64,000 bases of DNA from positions 16,640,001 through 16,704,000 of the forward strand of contig CP086569.2 of NCBI GenBank assembly GCA_009914755.4. The letters are read 5' to 3'. Of the stretch, positions 39,620 to 52,782 are shown piece after piece. The position numbers and the translations under genes are program-made. The stretch's first letter is position 1; each line of letters starts with the position of its first letter. A model generated the notes under the pieces. It was not told where the DNA came from. It saw nothing but the letters and a program-made list of their open reading frames with translations, and did not search any database. This stretch comes from the human T2T-CHM13v2.0 reference genome, Homo sapiens.

Positions 39620-40587
39620 TGAAAGGGAGGCCTGCCCCTCCACACCTGTGGGCATTTCTCATCAGGTGGGATGAGAGACTGAGAAAAGAAAGAGACACAG
39701 AGACAAAGAATAGAGAAAGAAAAGCAGGCCCAGGGGACTGGTGCTCAACATACAGAGGACCAACGCCATCACAGGACTCTGAGTTCCCTCAGTATTTATT
39801 AATCATTATCTCTACCATCTCAGAGAAGGTGATGTGTCAGGATAACAGGGTAATTGTAGGGAAAGGTTCAGCATGAAAACATGTGAACAAATGTCTCTGT
39901 GTCATAAACAATGTTAGAAAAAGTGCTGTGCTTTGATGTGCACATACATAAACATCTCTGGTGCATTAAAGAGCAGTATTGCCTCCAGCATGTCTCACCT
40001 CCAGCCTTAAGGCAGTTTTCTCCTATCTCAGTAGATGGAACATACAATCAGGTTTTACACCGAGACATTCCATTGCCCAGGGTCAAGCAGGAGACAGATG
40101 CCTTCTTCTTATCTCAATTGCAAAGATGCCTTCTTATTTTACGAATCCTCCTCAGCACAGACCATTTACGGGTGTTGGGCTGGGGGATGGTCAGGTCTTT
40201 CCCCTTCCATCAGGGTATATCTCAGGCTATCACACAGGGAAAAGCTTGGACAATACCTGGCTTTCCTAGGCAGAGGTCCCTGTGGCTCTCTGCAGTGTAT
40301 TGTGTCCCTGGGTACTTGAGATTAGAGAGTGGTGATGACTTTTAACAAGCATACTGCCTTTAAGCACTTGCTTAACAAAGCACATCCTGCAGAGCCCTAA
40401 ATCCATTAAATCTTGAGTCAACACAGCACATGTCTCTGTGAGCACAGTGTTGGGGGTAGGGTTACAGATTAACAACATCTCAAGGCAGAAGAATTTTTCT
40501 TAGTACAGAACAAAATGGAGTATCTTATGTCTACTTCTTTCTACATAGACACAGTAACAGTCTGATCTCTCTTTCTTTTCCCCACAA
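39620..40587 (-). mobile_element. Solo HERV-K (HML-2) LTR5-family LTR, complete at about 968 bp, flanked by the 6-bp TSD ATTTTT
   Basis: The RC of the window matches LTR5 from 'tgtggggaaaagaaagagagatcagactgttactgtgtctatgtagaaagaagtagacataagatactccattttgttctgtactaagaaaaattcttctgccttgagatgttgttaatctg' through '..ttaatggatttagggctctgcaggatgtgctttgttaagcaagtgcttaaaggcagtatgcttgttaaaagtcatcaccactctctaatctcaagtacccagggacacaatacactgcagagagccacagggacctctgcctaggaaagccaggtattgtcca' to '..gatgagaaatgcccacaggtgtggaggggcaggcctccctttca'. The copies of 'attttt' sit at 39614-39619 and 40588-40593. Confidence 0.85.
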
Positions 40588-40710
40588 TTTTTCACTTGTC
40601 CTCACTGGGAGGTTGTTACTGGCATCTAGCAAGCAGAGGCCCAGTGATACTGCAGGACACAGGACAGCTTCCCATCATAAGAAATATCTCCTCCCAAATG
40701 TTAATAGTGG

Positions 40711-41346
40711 TGTTACCAGGAAGGGGTCCCTAAACAGACCCCAAGTGTAGGTTCTTGGATCTTGCACAAAAAAGAATATGAAGTGACCCCATAGAGTAAA
40801 GTGAAAGCAAGTTTATTAAGAAAGTAAAGGAATGAAGAATGGCTACTCCATATGTAGAACAGTGGCTTGAGCTGCTCAACCAAGGATACTTATTGTTATT
40901 TCTTGATTACATGTCAAACAAGGGGTGGATTATTCATGAGTTTTCCAGGAAAGGGGTGGGCTATTCCCAGAACTGAGCGTTCCTCCCTTTTTTAGACCAT
41001 ATACGGGGATTTCCAGATGTTGCCATGACATTTGCAAACTCTCATGGTGCAAGTGGGCCTGTCTTTTAGCCTGCTAATGCATTATAATTAGCACATAATG
41101 AGCAGTGAGGATAACCAGAGGTCATTATGGTCACCATCTTTGTTTTGGTGGGTTTTGGCAGGCTTCTTTAGTGCAAAGTGTTTTATCAGCAAGGTCGTTT
41201 ATGACCTGTGTCTTGTGCTGACCTCTTATCTCATCCTGTGACTTAGAATGCCTAACCTCCTGGGAATGAGTTTGGCAGGTCTCAGCCTTATTTTACCCAG
41301 TCCCTCTTCAACATGTGGAGTTGCCCTGGTTGAAACGCCTCTGACA
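40711..41346 (-). mobile_element. Unclassified ERV solo LTR (class I/II type, family not confidently named)
   Basis: It begins 'tgttaccagg' and ends '..gcctctgaca', which gives TG..CA termini in reverse orientation. The RC carries a canonical poly(A)-signal context, 'tcctttactttcttaataaacttgctttcactttactctatgggg'. It also has LTR-like blocks: 'gccatgacatttgcaaactctcatggtgc', 'ggtcaccatctttgttttggtgggttttggcaggcttctttagtgcaa..gttttatcagcaaggtc.tttatgacctgt.tcttgtgc..acctc.tatctcatcctgtgacttagaatgcct.aacc..ctgggaatg', and 'ggtctcagccttattttacccag'. Confidence 0.5.
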
Positions 41347-44279
41347 GTGGGATGGTTGAGAAATTCAGGGATAGCACAAGGGTGAGGCAGCAATCTCAGC
41401 ATGTGGAAAATATTTTATCAGATGCCTTTGTAATGTCCAAAGTCACTCCATTGTAATGTCAAACTCGCTGCAAAATATGCATTATCTAAATTTCTCTTAT
41501 TTAGATAGTTATATCTCTCTATTTCTCTCTAATTCTATATTTTAAAGTCATATATATATTGACCAATATACTTTTTGGCTGATCATTGGAAAGGCAATTG
41601 GAGAAGCTGTCCTTGACAGTCCTGTTGAAATCCTCCACAGATGCCATCTCCATGCAAATTCTGTACAAGGCACAGTTGTAAAGTTTGGCTATATATTATT
41701 GTTTTGAAGGGACAATTTTCCCTCCTAAATCCCTAGTCTCAAAGCCTGACTCCACTTTTTTTTTGCCATCTACCCTGCCAAGAAGCTTGTCAAAGCCTGA
41801 GGGCATCATTGCTCTTCCCCCATTTCTAGCAGATGGCCATGTTGTGAGACATTTAATCCACTGACTGATTCAGTTATAGTTATAGCAGTGGCTTCTGTAG
41901 ATCAGCCTCAAATAACAGTAGCTCAAAGAATACAAATGGCATCAGAAAAATACAAGTAACTGCAGAAATTACAGGGATTTATGTCCACACTCTTTGTTCA
42001 GTGAATGTTTTTGTCTGGATATGACTGAAAAGGGAGCTTTGTTAATGACTGATCTTAGAAATCAGGTTTCTTCCACACTGTGGTTCTCCCAACTCCAACG
42101 TGAGACATCTAAGGCCAAGTTGGGCATTTTTTTTTTATTGCAGCCAGCAAGGAACAGAAAAGAGCATGAAGGTTTGCACGTTGTAAGTAGCACACAGCAC
42201 ACAGCAGCACCACCCAACCCCACTGGTGAGAACTGGGCTCCACAAAGACCTCTGGCATATGGGAGGCTTGGAAGTGTATGTAGCCCTCTGTGCCTGGGAT
42301 GAAGAAGACATAGGTTTGCTGAGCCAGCCTCTGATCTGCAAGGTGCTTCATCATTTCTTCACCATGTGACCTCTGCAAGTGACTTAAGCTGTCTGGCCCT
42401 CAGGATGCTCTTCCACATTCATTATTCTCATGACCTGCATGAGCGTAACTGCCAGGTCGTGTCTGGCTCCAGATCCTACAATTATTTTTGTCTTCACTTC
42501 ATCCAGGCCCTTTACAGTCAACCAAGGACCATGGAGAGTTCCTTTGGCTGATTTCTGTTTCTCACGATCTGACTGTGTTCAGTAACTACATGAGGATGCT
42601 TTAGAGAAATATAGTCAACAGGATAAACATCCTATTGATAGATATGCCTATTTATCTATAAATTAAATATGAATAATATAGATATAAATAGATGGATACA
42701 TATATAGGTGGATACAGAAATAGATATAAATACAGAGAGAGGAGATTTTTTTATGGGAATTGGCTCATGCTATGGCAAGATACGGAGACCTAGCAAAACT
42801 CTTTGTGTGATGTAATCCAAGACTGAAGTCTAGAAAACCATAAGAGCTGATGGTGTAAGTCCTGGAACACCAAAACCTGGGAAACAGGGCCTTGATTTTG
42901 CAGGGCAGGAAAAGGTGAATGTCTCAGCTCAAAAATAAAGATAATGCACCCTTCCTCTCTCTGCCTTTTTGTTTTCATCAGGCATCAAAAGATAAGACAG
43001 TGCCAGCCGCATTTTTGAGAGATCTTCTTTACTCAATCCACTGATTCAAATGCTAATCTCTTCTGGAAACACTCTGGCAGACATACTCAGAAATAATGAT
43101 TTATCAGCTGTCTGGTCTTCCTTTAGCTCTGTCATATTGACACATACAATTAATCATCACAGTACAGTTTCTAATACTTCTTTTTATTCTTCCAGCTATT
43201 TCTGAGGGCACAAATAATGAGCAAAGCAACTCTTTGGAAACTTGCCACAGTTTCCAACTATGTCAGCCAATTATAAAGCCACCAATCAGGGAGAGTCAGC
43301 ACTATAATTCCCAGGTGTTGGGTCCCCATTCCCACCACTGGAAGCCACCAATAGAGCAGTTGATGGAAAGTGGACTCAGGGACATCTACTGGAGTGACAT
43401 ATGACTGGGACCAATTCAGTTGAGGATGCATCATGTAGGTTTGTAGTAACTAAAACAGGCCTATATATGTAAGATGAGGGAAGCATCTTCTTTCTACCCA
43501 AATTCTCTCTTGCTTCTGAAAAAGCAGAGCTAGTTGAACCACATGAGACCTGGTTTGTCACCTCATTCTTACATAAATTTTTCTAATTAATTATTACATT
43601 TTAATGAGAAGAAGGCCTCTAAGACAATGCCCTAAGAGTAACATGGGACATTAATCTTTATTATTCTTTTGGCTCAATTTGACCAAAATCCTTTTGTGTA
43701 TCTAACATATTCTTATGGTTTCTTGGTTACAAATACTCTCTTTCTCTCTCTGACTACCTTGAATTTTGTCTTTTTTTTTTTCTGGCCTATACAACTGCCA
43801 CTGAATATATTGATGCATTAAGCATAATAAATGTATAAATAACTGATACCATCTTCTATTCCAAAGTCACTTTTCTGCCTTTTATATATATTTCCAAATT
43901 TGTTGTTTCTATCTGTATAACAAAATGCACCTGTACATTTTCCAACATATTTCTGAATTAGTACTAGGCAGCATGGCTTCTTTAAGGCAAATAGACAAAT
44001 TTAAAATTATATTTTAGAAAATACTTCATGTTCTCTTCCTTTGTGTAAACCACCTGACTTGAACCTGCTTTAATTCCTCTCTGCTTTGCATCTCTTCCTT
44101 GGTATTCCTCCATATCATAATTAACCTGTTGACCTGTCACTCGACTGTAGAAAATCTTGTTAACACATTTGTGTGTGCTTTTATCACCTTTCACCTCTCA
44201 ATGCACACACTCTGCTGAACTGAGATTGTGTTCTGGTCTCACAGAAAGACAGTTTTCACATAACTCTGTGTTAATATTG

Positions 44280-44592
44280 TGGGGTTTTGCTGTTTTCTTG
44301 TGTCTGTTTTTGAGACAGAGTCTTGCTCTGTTACCCATGCTGCAGTGCAGTGGTGTCATCTTGGCTCACTTCAACCTCTGCCTCCTGCAAACAATTCTCC
44401 TGCCACAGCCTCCCAAGTAGCTGGGATTACAGGTAAACACCAACATGCCCAGCTAATTGGTGTGTTTTTAGTAGGGATGGGTTTTCACCATGTTGGCCAG
44501 GCTGGTCTTTAACACCTGGCTTCAAGTGATCCACCTGCGTTGGCCTCCCAAAGTGCTGAGATTGAAAGCATGAGCCACTGTGCCCAACCCAG
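44280..44592 (-). mobile_element. Full-length Alu with a perfect 15-bp TSD CTCTGTGTTAATATT (44265-44279 and 44593-44607)
   Basis: The RC Alu reads 'gagacagagtcttgctctgttacccatgctgcagtgcagtggtgtcatcttggctcacttcaacctctgcctcctgc...ggcctcccaaagtgctgagattgaaagcatgagccactgtgcccaacc'. The identical 15-mers sit immediately outside. Confidence 0.9.
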
Positions 44593-45167
44593 CTCTGTGT
44601 TAATATTTTCACTGACACGATGACGTCCCCATTTCATTCTGTCCCCTCAGATGCTACACAACTCTCAGGTTCAAGGTATTTTAACAACTGAGATTCATCC
44701 ATTACTTTAGCATGGGCTGTATATTTTTTCAGTAAGTGTAAAGTTGGTTGGATTGTCTATTCGTAGGGAGCATTGTAACTATAATTCAACACAAGAGATG
44801 TTATACCCCTAGTCAGAATTATCCTTCAAAATCCATGTATACCCTGGCTTCAGGAAGCTCAATAGCCATTGAAAGTCACAGAGAAGTTCAATCCTCTGCA
44901 ATTCCAGAGAACTTCAGTAGAGATGCACAGGACTTGCACTAGTCAAGGCAATAGTGAATTAATTATGGTCTTATATGTTCTGTGTCCTGAATAAAAGAAA
45001 TTAAAACCTGCTGAGATAGTCACTAACTTCCTTGCTTTGAAGCTGGTCGTGTAAGTAAAAAGGCTCCAGTCACAACATTAACACAAATTATTGCAAAAAA
45101 CCACATATGTACACTTGAGGAAAATGTACATATAACACAATCATGGTAGACTTGGAAATGTGCATAA

Positions 45168-45483
45168 TTTATTTTATTTTATTTTTATTTTATTTTATTT
45201 TTTGAGACTGAGTCTCATTCTGTCACCCAGGGTGGCATGCAGTCATGCAATCTTGGTTCATGCCACCTCTGACTCCCAGGTTCCAGCAATTCTCCTGCCT
45301 CAGTCTCCAAAGTAGCCAGGACTATATGTGTACACCACCACAACAGGCATATTTTTGTATTTTTAGTAGAGACAGGGTTTCCCCATGTTGACCAGGCTTG
45401 TTTTGAACTCCTGACCTCAAGAAATCTGCCTGCCTTGGCCTCCTAGACTGCTGGGATTACAGAACTGATTCACTGCACCCAGC
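45168..45483 (-). mobile_element. Full-length Alu with a (TTTTA)n tail
   Basis: The tail 'ttttattttatttttattttattttattttttgagactgagtctcattctgtcacccagggtggcatgcagtcatgcaatcttggttcatgccacctctgactcccaggttccagcaattctcctgcctcag' runs into the body, which ends '..ggcctcctagactgctgggattacagaactgattcactgcacccagc'. Confidence 0.88.
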
Positions 45484-47530
45484 TATCTGGATTAGATTCT
45501 TCATCCTCTGCTGTATCCTAAAATGTTGGTCCTCTTCCTTGTTCTGTAGCAGGCTCCCTTCACAATCTGCATACCTCCCCCACCCAAAGGAATTTCAAGT
45601 TCCAGTGGCTCCAAAATGTCCCCATTTCTATCCCAAATCTTATTCCTGAAGTATAGGCCTACATATTCTGTCACCTGGAGATCTTCACTGTCCTTTTTAC
45701 AATCTGTTCTCCAATCCAATTTCTCATTCACAAGCAGCCTCTGAATCCTAAATGGCAGCTTATACAAATCCAGAAAATTGCATGTCTATGAATGCCTCAC
45801 AACCAGATAGCACAGAATTTCAGACACGGGTAAGGCACACAGTTCCATCAGGCTGGAGGCTAATACAGAAAAATGCCAGAAATGGAATAAGAAAGTGTCC
45901 AGAATGAATAAAAGTGATACACTCGAGTTGTGCTGATTCCAGGTAACAGACAGATTAAGAGACTGAAAAAGCACACCTGAACCATTTCAAATACACTACA
46001 CTCATGAAAGCTGTTAGTAAGCCAGTTCTTTGCACATCAGTGCTTCCTAACTCCACAGCAACCAAGAAGAATTTGAGCTTGCTACTCCTATATCCATCTC
46101 TATAAGAATAGTGTAAGCCATTCTTTAAACATTTAAACCAGGCAGCCCCATCATTCTTATTCATAAATGTTCTGTCTTAGCCCATGCCCAAAGCGTGCCA
46201 GTTTCATCAATATTCACTTTCAACTGAGGCAGGTGAGGCCTCTTCAAGTGGTTTCCCTGTGGGAATTTCTGTAGAGTTCTTCTCAATATCTGTGGCATCA
46301 GAATGGTGCTTTGGAACTTTCCATTTGTTACTCTGGGAGGCTTTGGACAATCCTCTTCTCTTGACAGTCTGTGGCATCAACAGAACATAGACAAAACTGA
46401 GGCTTGATAAACTGGAGTCTTTTCTTAAACAGACCTGGAGCTAGCAGCCATCCAACATGAACACAGATCTGGTGTTATACTGGAAGGGAATTTAACAAAT
46501 CTTCAATGATTTTTTCCTTCACTCTTTCTGATTTGTTGATTCCACAAGCTCAGCACTTTTTGCTTCCTATACCATTCTCTCTTATTCCCTAAGGGTTATT
46601 CTGTCTTTCAATTTATTGTATAAGCCATAGTACATTCATCATTTTCTGACCCCTTGGGGTTCATTACCTACTTTTACTTCCATTGCAACCAGAACCTTCT
46701 TTGACTCTCATTTTCAACACTCTTGACATCTTTTTCTGCTTCCCAGACATAAGCAAGTTAGTTTTGTTCTGTATCATCTCAAAGGAACTCTGAGACAGGG
46801 GTCTCAAACTCAAGAGTCGTTGGTTCCCAGAAAGGAAAATTGATGTGAAAAGCAAGATGGGTGGCGAAAACCCACAACAGAACAAGCACAGAGATGAGTA
46901 CCCCACAACTGGGCAGCAGGGAGAGAACAAGAAGGGTGAGCTAGTGGAAGTTGCCCACTGGTTTCTAAGGCAATATGTTCTTGGAATGTTATAATATTAT
47001 TTTTAACAAAAGTGTAGACATGGAGCATGAAAATGAACTAAGAGTGTAAAAGGAAGCTAGATGAAACCTTTATCAAAGACCCAGAAATGCATGTACCAAA
47101 CTAACTGAAATAAAACCAAACCAAAAAAATAATATCAAATGAAACACACTGTGTTCGAATTATAAAATTTGAGGATTGTGAAACAAAATGACTTAGTTTC
47201 ATTTTGTCATGAAATTCACTTTTCCCTGCCAAATGTATACTTTGTGTTCTGTGGTATTTAGGTAATTTTCAATATTTATTTATTATTTATTAAATTTCAC
47301 TGGTCTCTCTGATGAACTTTCGGACATTACTACTTTTTGAGATGCATTTTTGAATTTTGAAATTTCTTTATAAATATGTAGGGGCACCCCAGTTTTGATG
47401 ATGTGTGTACTAGTGGTATAGATCTTTGCTTTAATGGTTATAATAGCAATTTTATCTGTTCACTTAGTTATGACTAAACACTGGGCAATTAGTTCTCAGT
47501 AACCTGTCTCAAACGTGTCATTATACAAGG

Positions 47531-47682
47531 CAGCTGGGTGTGGTAGGGCTCACCTGTAGTCCCAGTGCTTCATAGGAGGCTGACATGGAAGGATCAAACA
47601 GAGAAATGAATACCCAGAAGTTTGAGACCAGGCTGGGCAACACAGTGAGACCTCAACTCATAAAAAAAAATAAATAAAAATT
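47531..47682 (+). mobile_element. Free left Alu monomer (FLAM-like)
   Basis: 'cagctgggtgtggtagggctcacctgtagtcccagtgcttcataggaggctgacatggaaggatcaaacagagaaatgaatacccagaagtttgagaccaggctgggcaacacagtgagacctcaactcataaaaaaaaataaataaaaa'. Confidence 0.75.
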
Positions 47683-48454
47683 ACATATACAAAGATATGA
47701 ATAGGTGTTTGGCTATCAGAAGGCACCATTTGGGAGCCAGCTGTACCACTCCTTCATGGGTAACCTTGATTAAGTCCACTTGAAACACTTACTGTGTGGT
47801 TATTATACAAGGCTGCCTGCTAAATAGCCTGCCATAATCAGCTTATTTAATTATCTTATACGTTGGGGGTGGCAAAACTGTATTTTCTATTTTTTCTCAC
47901 TGAAGAAACAAAGACTCAGATGGATTAACTGAGTCACCTACACAGAGTACTTGGTACTGCTGGAATTACCTGTGAAGTCATGCTCTCAAATACACCCATA
48001 AGCTGCCTAATGTTTTTTAGCTTATTCCGTCGTCTTCCTTGTGAAACAAAAATCCACCTTCTTTCACATCATTTTTGGAATTAATACTTATTAAATTGTG
48101 CTGAAGCTCAAACTATTCTGACAGTAGGAAGCATCATATTTATTATTTCAAACTAACAGGCAAAGATTTCACCTGCATGTGAAGACACAGTTTCACCAAA
48201 GAGCCCAGATAAGACTTCTTTTCAGGGCCCTCTTCCTGGTTGATAATCTCACCCAGCAAAACCAAATGCAATGCTGACAAAACTTGACAACTGAACCGAG
48301 AGAATTTGGGGATGTGCATAATCCCATTAATTAGAGCTGCTTGGTGTGGAGTGATGTTTGTAAAAGCATTCTATTGGAACAATAGTTTCTCAAAATCATT
48401 TGAATACAAAGGATCTATGGCCAAAGAAGCTTAGAAAACATTGCATATAAAAAT

Positions 48455-48746
48455 GGCTTCAATTTGGCACAGTGGCTCACATCTGTAATCCCAGCATTGG
48501 TAGGCCAAGGCAGGCAGATCACTTGAGATCGGGAGTTCAAATCGTCTGGCCAACATGGTGAAACCCTGTCTCACTAAAAACACAAAAATTAGCCAAGTCT
48601 TTATGGTGTGTGCCTGTAATCCCAACTACTTGGGAGGCTGAGGAAAGAGAATTATTGCAACTTTTGGGGCAGAGGTTGCAGTGAGATGAGATCAGGCCAC
48701 TGCACTCCAGCCTGAGTGACAGAGTGAAACTCTTTCTCAAAAAATA
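48455..48746 (+). mobile_element. Full-length Alu (AluS/J-like)
   Basis: The left arm reads 'ggcttcaatttggcacagtggctcacatctgtaatcccagcattggtaggccaaggcaggcagatcacttgagatcgggagttcaaatcgtctggccaacatggtgaaaccctgtctcactaaaaacacaaaaattagcc'. The right arm follows and ends 'ctgagtgacagagtgaaactctttctcaaaaaa'. Confidence 0.88.
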
Positions 48747-50478
48747 GTTTCTTGTAGATTAATAACACACAAGATGATGCAAAGTTCTAAGGTTGAAAAC
48801 ATAGGTGTTTATATTTTTGGGGGGTTTACACAACAGACTTTTTTTTCTCTCAAATCTCACAGTCCTAGGGGCTGGAATTTCAAGATCAAGTTGTTAGTAG
48901 GGTTGGTTCCTCCTGAGGCCTCTCTCCTTGGCTTGTAGATGCCATCTCCTCCCTGTGTCCTCACGTGGCTGACCCTCTGTGTATGTCTGTATCCTAATCT
49001 CCTCTTCCTATAAAAACACGAGTCACTTCAGATTAGTGTCCTCCCCATGACATCATTTTACCATAATTACCTCATTAAAGGATTTGTCTTCAAATACATT
49101 CTGAGGTACTGGGGGTTAGAACTTCAATATATGAATTTGTCAGGGGCTCAACTAAGCCCATAACACATCCTCATTAACATTCTGTAGGAATAATACTCCT
49201 AGGACAATGGCATTGAGATGCTGATCATGAGGACTGTCAAGACTTCCCACAGTTAAAAAGTGATCTGCAGAGATTTGAATGACCCATAACTGTCTTGACT
49301 GTGCAAAGCCAACAGTTTCTCTTACAGGAAATTGCCAAAAAATGTAATAGGCTCCAGTAACCATACTTTATCACATTGGTGGTGTTCTTCTCAAAAAAAT
49401 AATTTCTGAAAAAAATAAGCCCTGCAAGATGATCCTAAATGTTATTTAAGAATACAATCTACCATCCAAATATTCACAACAATGTCAATATTTTGTTTGG
49501 TATCCTATGATTGTAAAAGTCTTCAGCATATACTTGGTTCATTCAGTCAAACCTTGTGATTATAACTTAAAGGGTCTCTAAATCCTGGGTTCTCTGGAAC
49601 TATCAGGGACAGAGACAAAGAGAGGTGAGGTACCCTGAGTTATGCTCTGTGATTAAAGCAATTATTGAATTAACTATAAATCCAACTGGATAAATTCTGA
49701 AAGAGGAAAATTCTTTTAACTTCCTTTTGCCTATAATGAATCTTTTAATTTTTTTTTTTTTTTTTTTTTGCCTTGAACGCATATTTACCTGAGAAGAATA
49801 ATGCTGAGAACTGGCCACTATTACAGTCAGTAAATGGAAACACCCTATTCTGAAAATCCATGAGACTGACTCTCCACAAAAGCCTTCTGTGTGAAATAAC
49901 AGCCAGTCATTCAGAAATTATTGAGGAAAATAAAACTAGGTCATATGACTTGACCAGGCTACTTACTAGGGAGCTAATGTCCTGTTTGAATTAGTGGGTG
50001 GTGGTATAGTTAGGAAACACAATAGTTTCCCTTACTAGAAGATCTGTGGTAGGTAGGAAGTCTTTCGAGAAGAAGAACCTTTTCTATTCACAAGTGTGAT
50101 GAAAGCAAGTTGAAATATGTCAACTTCTTTCTGCATTCATCAGATTCATAAGAACCAACATAGAAGAGTCAGGGGATGGACAATAAGAGATTGCATTGGT
50201 TCACCTCCAGCAACTATGGGCATAGCTAAGTATTGTCTGCCTCACTTGAGTGGGCTATTAAGAACCCAGTAGAATAGCAAACTGACCCAGAAAGAGGATC
50301 AAAGGACCCAGCATTATACCTCAATCATCTGCCTTCTTAATTGCTCTAACAGAGTATTTTTTCCATGAGAATCTGAATTTTTACAATAGTTTCCTCTTGG
50401 TTTCCTAAAGAACAAGCTCACTACTTTATCGTGGTTTAGTGAAAAATCCAGAGTACTTTTATTTTTAAATGTTGTTTA

Positions 50479-50968
50479 CTAGCACTATTCACAATAGCAA
50501 AGACATGGAACCAACCAAAATGTCTATAAATGATAAACTGGATAAAGAAAATATGGTACTTATATAAAAAAATGTAGGCAACTTACTGGTGCACTTAAGA
50601 GTATCAAATACTATGCAGCCATAAAAAGGAATGACATGTCTGTTGCAGGGACATGGATGAAGCTGGAAGCCATCATTCTCAGCAAACTAACACAGGAACA
50701 GAAAACCAAACATGTCATGTTGTCAGTCATAAGTGGGACCTGAACAATGAGAACACATGAAGACAGGGAGGGAAACAACACACACTGGGGTCTGTTCCAG
50801 AATGGGTGAGGGGAAAGAGAACATCAGGGTAAAAAGCTAATGCATGCATGGCTTAATACCCAGGTGATGGCTTGGTAGGTACTGCAAACCTCTGAGAATA
50901 CATTTACCTATGTAACAAACCTGCAATTTTTGCACATGTATCCTGGAACTTAAAATAAAATAATTAAA
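50479..50968 (+). mobile_element. 5'-truncated L1 3' end (ORF2 C-terminus plus 3'UTR), about 490 bp, with probable TSD 'aaatgttgtttact' / 'aaattgttgcttact'
   Basis: The element reads 'agcactattcacaatagcaaagacatggaaccaaccaaaatgtctataaatgataaactggataaagaaaatatggtac..actatgcagccataaaaaggaatgacatgtctgttgcagggacatggatgaagctggaagccatcattctcagcaaactaacacaggaacagaaaaccaaacatgtcatgttgtcagtcataagtgggacctgaacaatgagaacacatg.agacagggagggaaacaacacacactgggg..tacctatgtaacaaacctgcaatttttgcacatgtatcctggaacttaaaataaaataa'. A roughly 45-bp insertion follows 'atggtac'. Confidence 0.85.
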
Positions 50969-52782
50969 AAAATTGTTGCTTACTGACACACTGATAAAAG
51001 GAGCTGTATTCATGAATCTGTATTCCTGATTTGTCTATAAGTTGAAATCAGAAAATAAGCCTCAAAGTCTTCTAACATCAGGAAAGCCAATTTATTTGTA
51101 TACAACATAATCACCTATCATGTGAAATGTCTGGAATTTAGCATTGTACTTTTCTGGAGAACATAATGATGATTGCATAATATTACTGAAACTGTTGAAA
51201 GTAAAATTCTCAAATCATTCAATAAGCCTCTACTATTTATGCACTCATTTGAATCCATTGAATATGTATATTTTTTCTTTAGCACATTTGAGTTTATATG
51301 TAGGATTCATTGTGTAGAAAAAGTTAAGCAAATTGTTTCTTGTTAGTACCCAGTAATTTATTGCATGTGAGTGGTTTAAAGCAGTGTTCACTAACTGCCG
51401 TGTTATAAACTGGAGACTGACAAACTGCATCAGTTATGCATTGTTTGAATGAAAGAGGGCAAATATTGCATTAAGCAGCAAGCAAAGTTATGTATTGGAG
51501 ATAGTGAAGACATTATCAGAATCTGTAGCCTTCTCAATCTTCTGTTGTCCAATTATTCCTCTTGTCTATACCATGAACTGAAGAGTCATGATAATTTATC
51601 CTCCTTCTCCTATAATTAGTAACTCTTCCTTTCAGCTTCAAAGTGCTCTCTCTTTCCCTTTGTTTCATACAAATCCGTTATTATTTTCTGTTCTCATTAA
51701 TTCATTCAGGTACCCATCCACTCATCCTTCTGTCCTGATTCAAATTATCCATCTGTTTACCTAAAATGTATTAAGCAACTTCTTTAAGCTAGGCATTTTA
51801 TTATGATCTGCATAGGTAAAGAGAAAGCCATCCATTTAACAGCAGTGCCAGTGTCATAGGCAGTGGTCATAGTGCAGCAAGGCACAACAAAACAAAGCAA
51901 AATGGAAACCCAAAGACCTATACTTACGAGATTTACATATGAGTGGGATGACTAGGGTGATTTTTTCTCCCTCTCTTAGTTCAAAATTAACTTGGAACTC
52001 AGCTTAAAAGGTCTAGATATTTATTTCTCTATCCTTCCCTTCTTTATTTACACATAATGGGCCTTGGCCTCACAGTTTTTAATTCTTGAGCATCTACATT
52101 TTATCAGCCACAGCTTAGAATACCCACGCCAGTTGGGCATATTATGCAAAACCTTATATTATCACAATATATTATAAACACATGTTATATATCTATAAGA
52201 ACTCTATTAAGGAGTTTCTTGTATCAGGAATTCCCCAGAGATGCCAACATTTTGTTTCTGCTAATAGTATTTCAGGTTCTACATGAAAGTATAATTTTCA
52301 CATGGTAGAAAAAAGATTGAGAGACCAAATAAATATGTTGGTGTCTTCTTAATCCAGCAGGTATTGCAGTAAATTTTAGTCTTCATGAAGAATGACACTA
52401 TCACACACACACATACCTTAAAATATTTAATAACGTGGGGTAAATGTTGTGTATTCTGGTATTTTGTTTCTTGATCATTTATAATTTGCATGAGCAAACC
52501 CTTTTTGATTATCCTTAATTAAAAACTTCTCAAAAATATTTGTTAAAAATTTAAAATGTTACCAAAGGTTCACTAACATCTATACCTTCATTCATAGATC
52601 TCAACTTCTAAATTCATTCATTAGCCCTTTTATTATTATTACTATTATTATTATCATACTTTAAGTTTTAGGGTACATGTGCACAATGTGCAGGTTAGTT
52701 ACATATGTATACTAGCGACATGCTGGTGTGCTGCACCCATTAACTTGTCATTTAGCATTAGGTATATTTCCTAATATTATCC

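Noticed and set aside
39911-40345. 144-aa ORF plus overlapping 94-96-aa ORFs
   Set aside because: They lie entirely inside the antisense solo LTR5. LTRs have no coding function, and the frames overlap one another.
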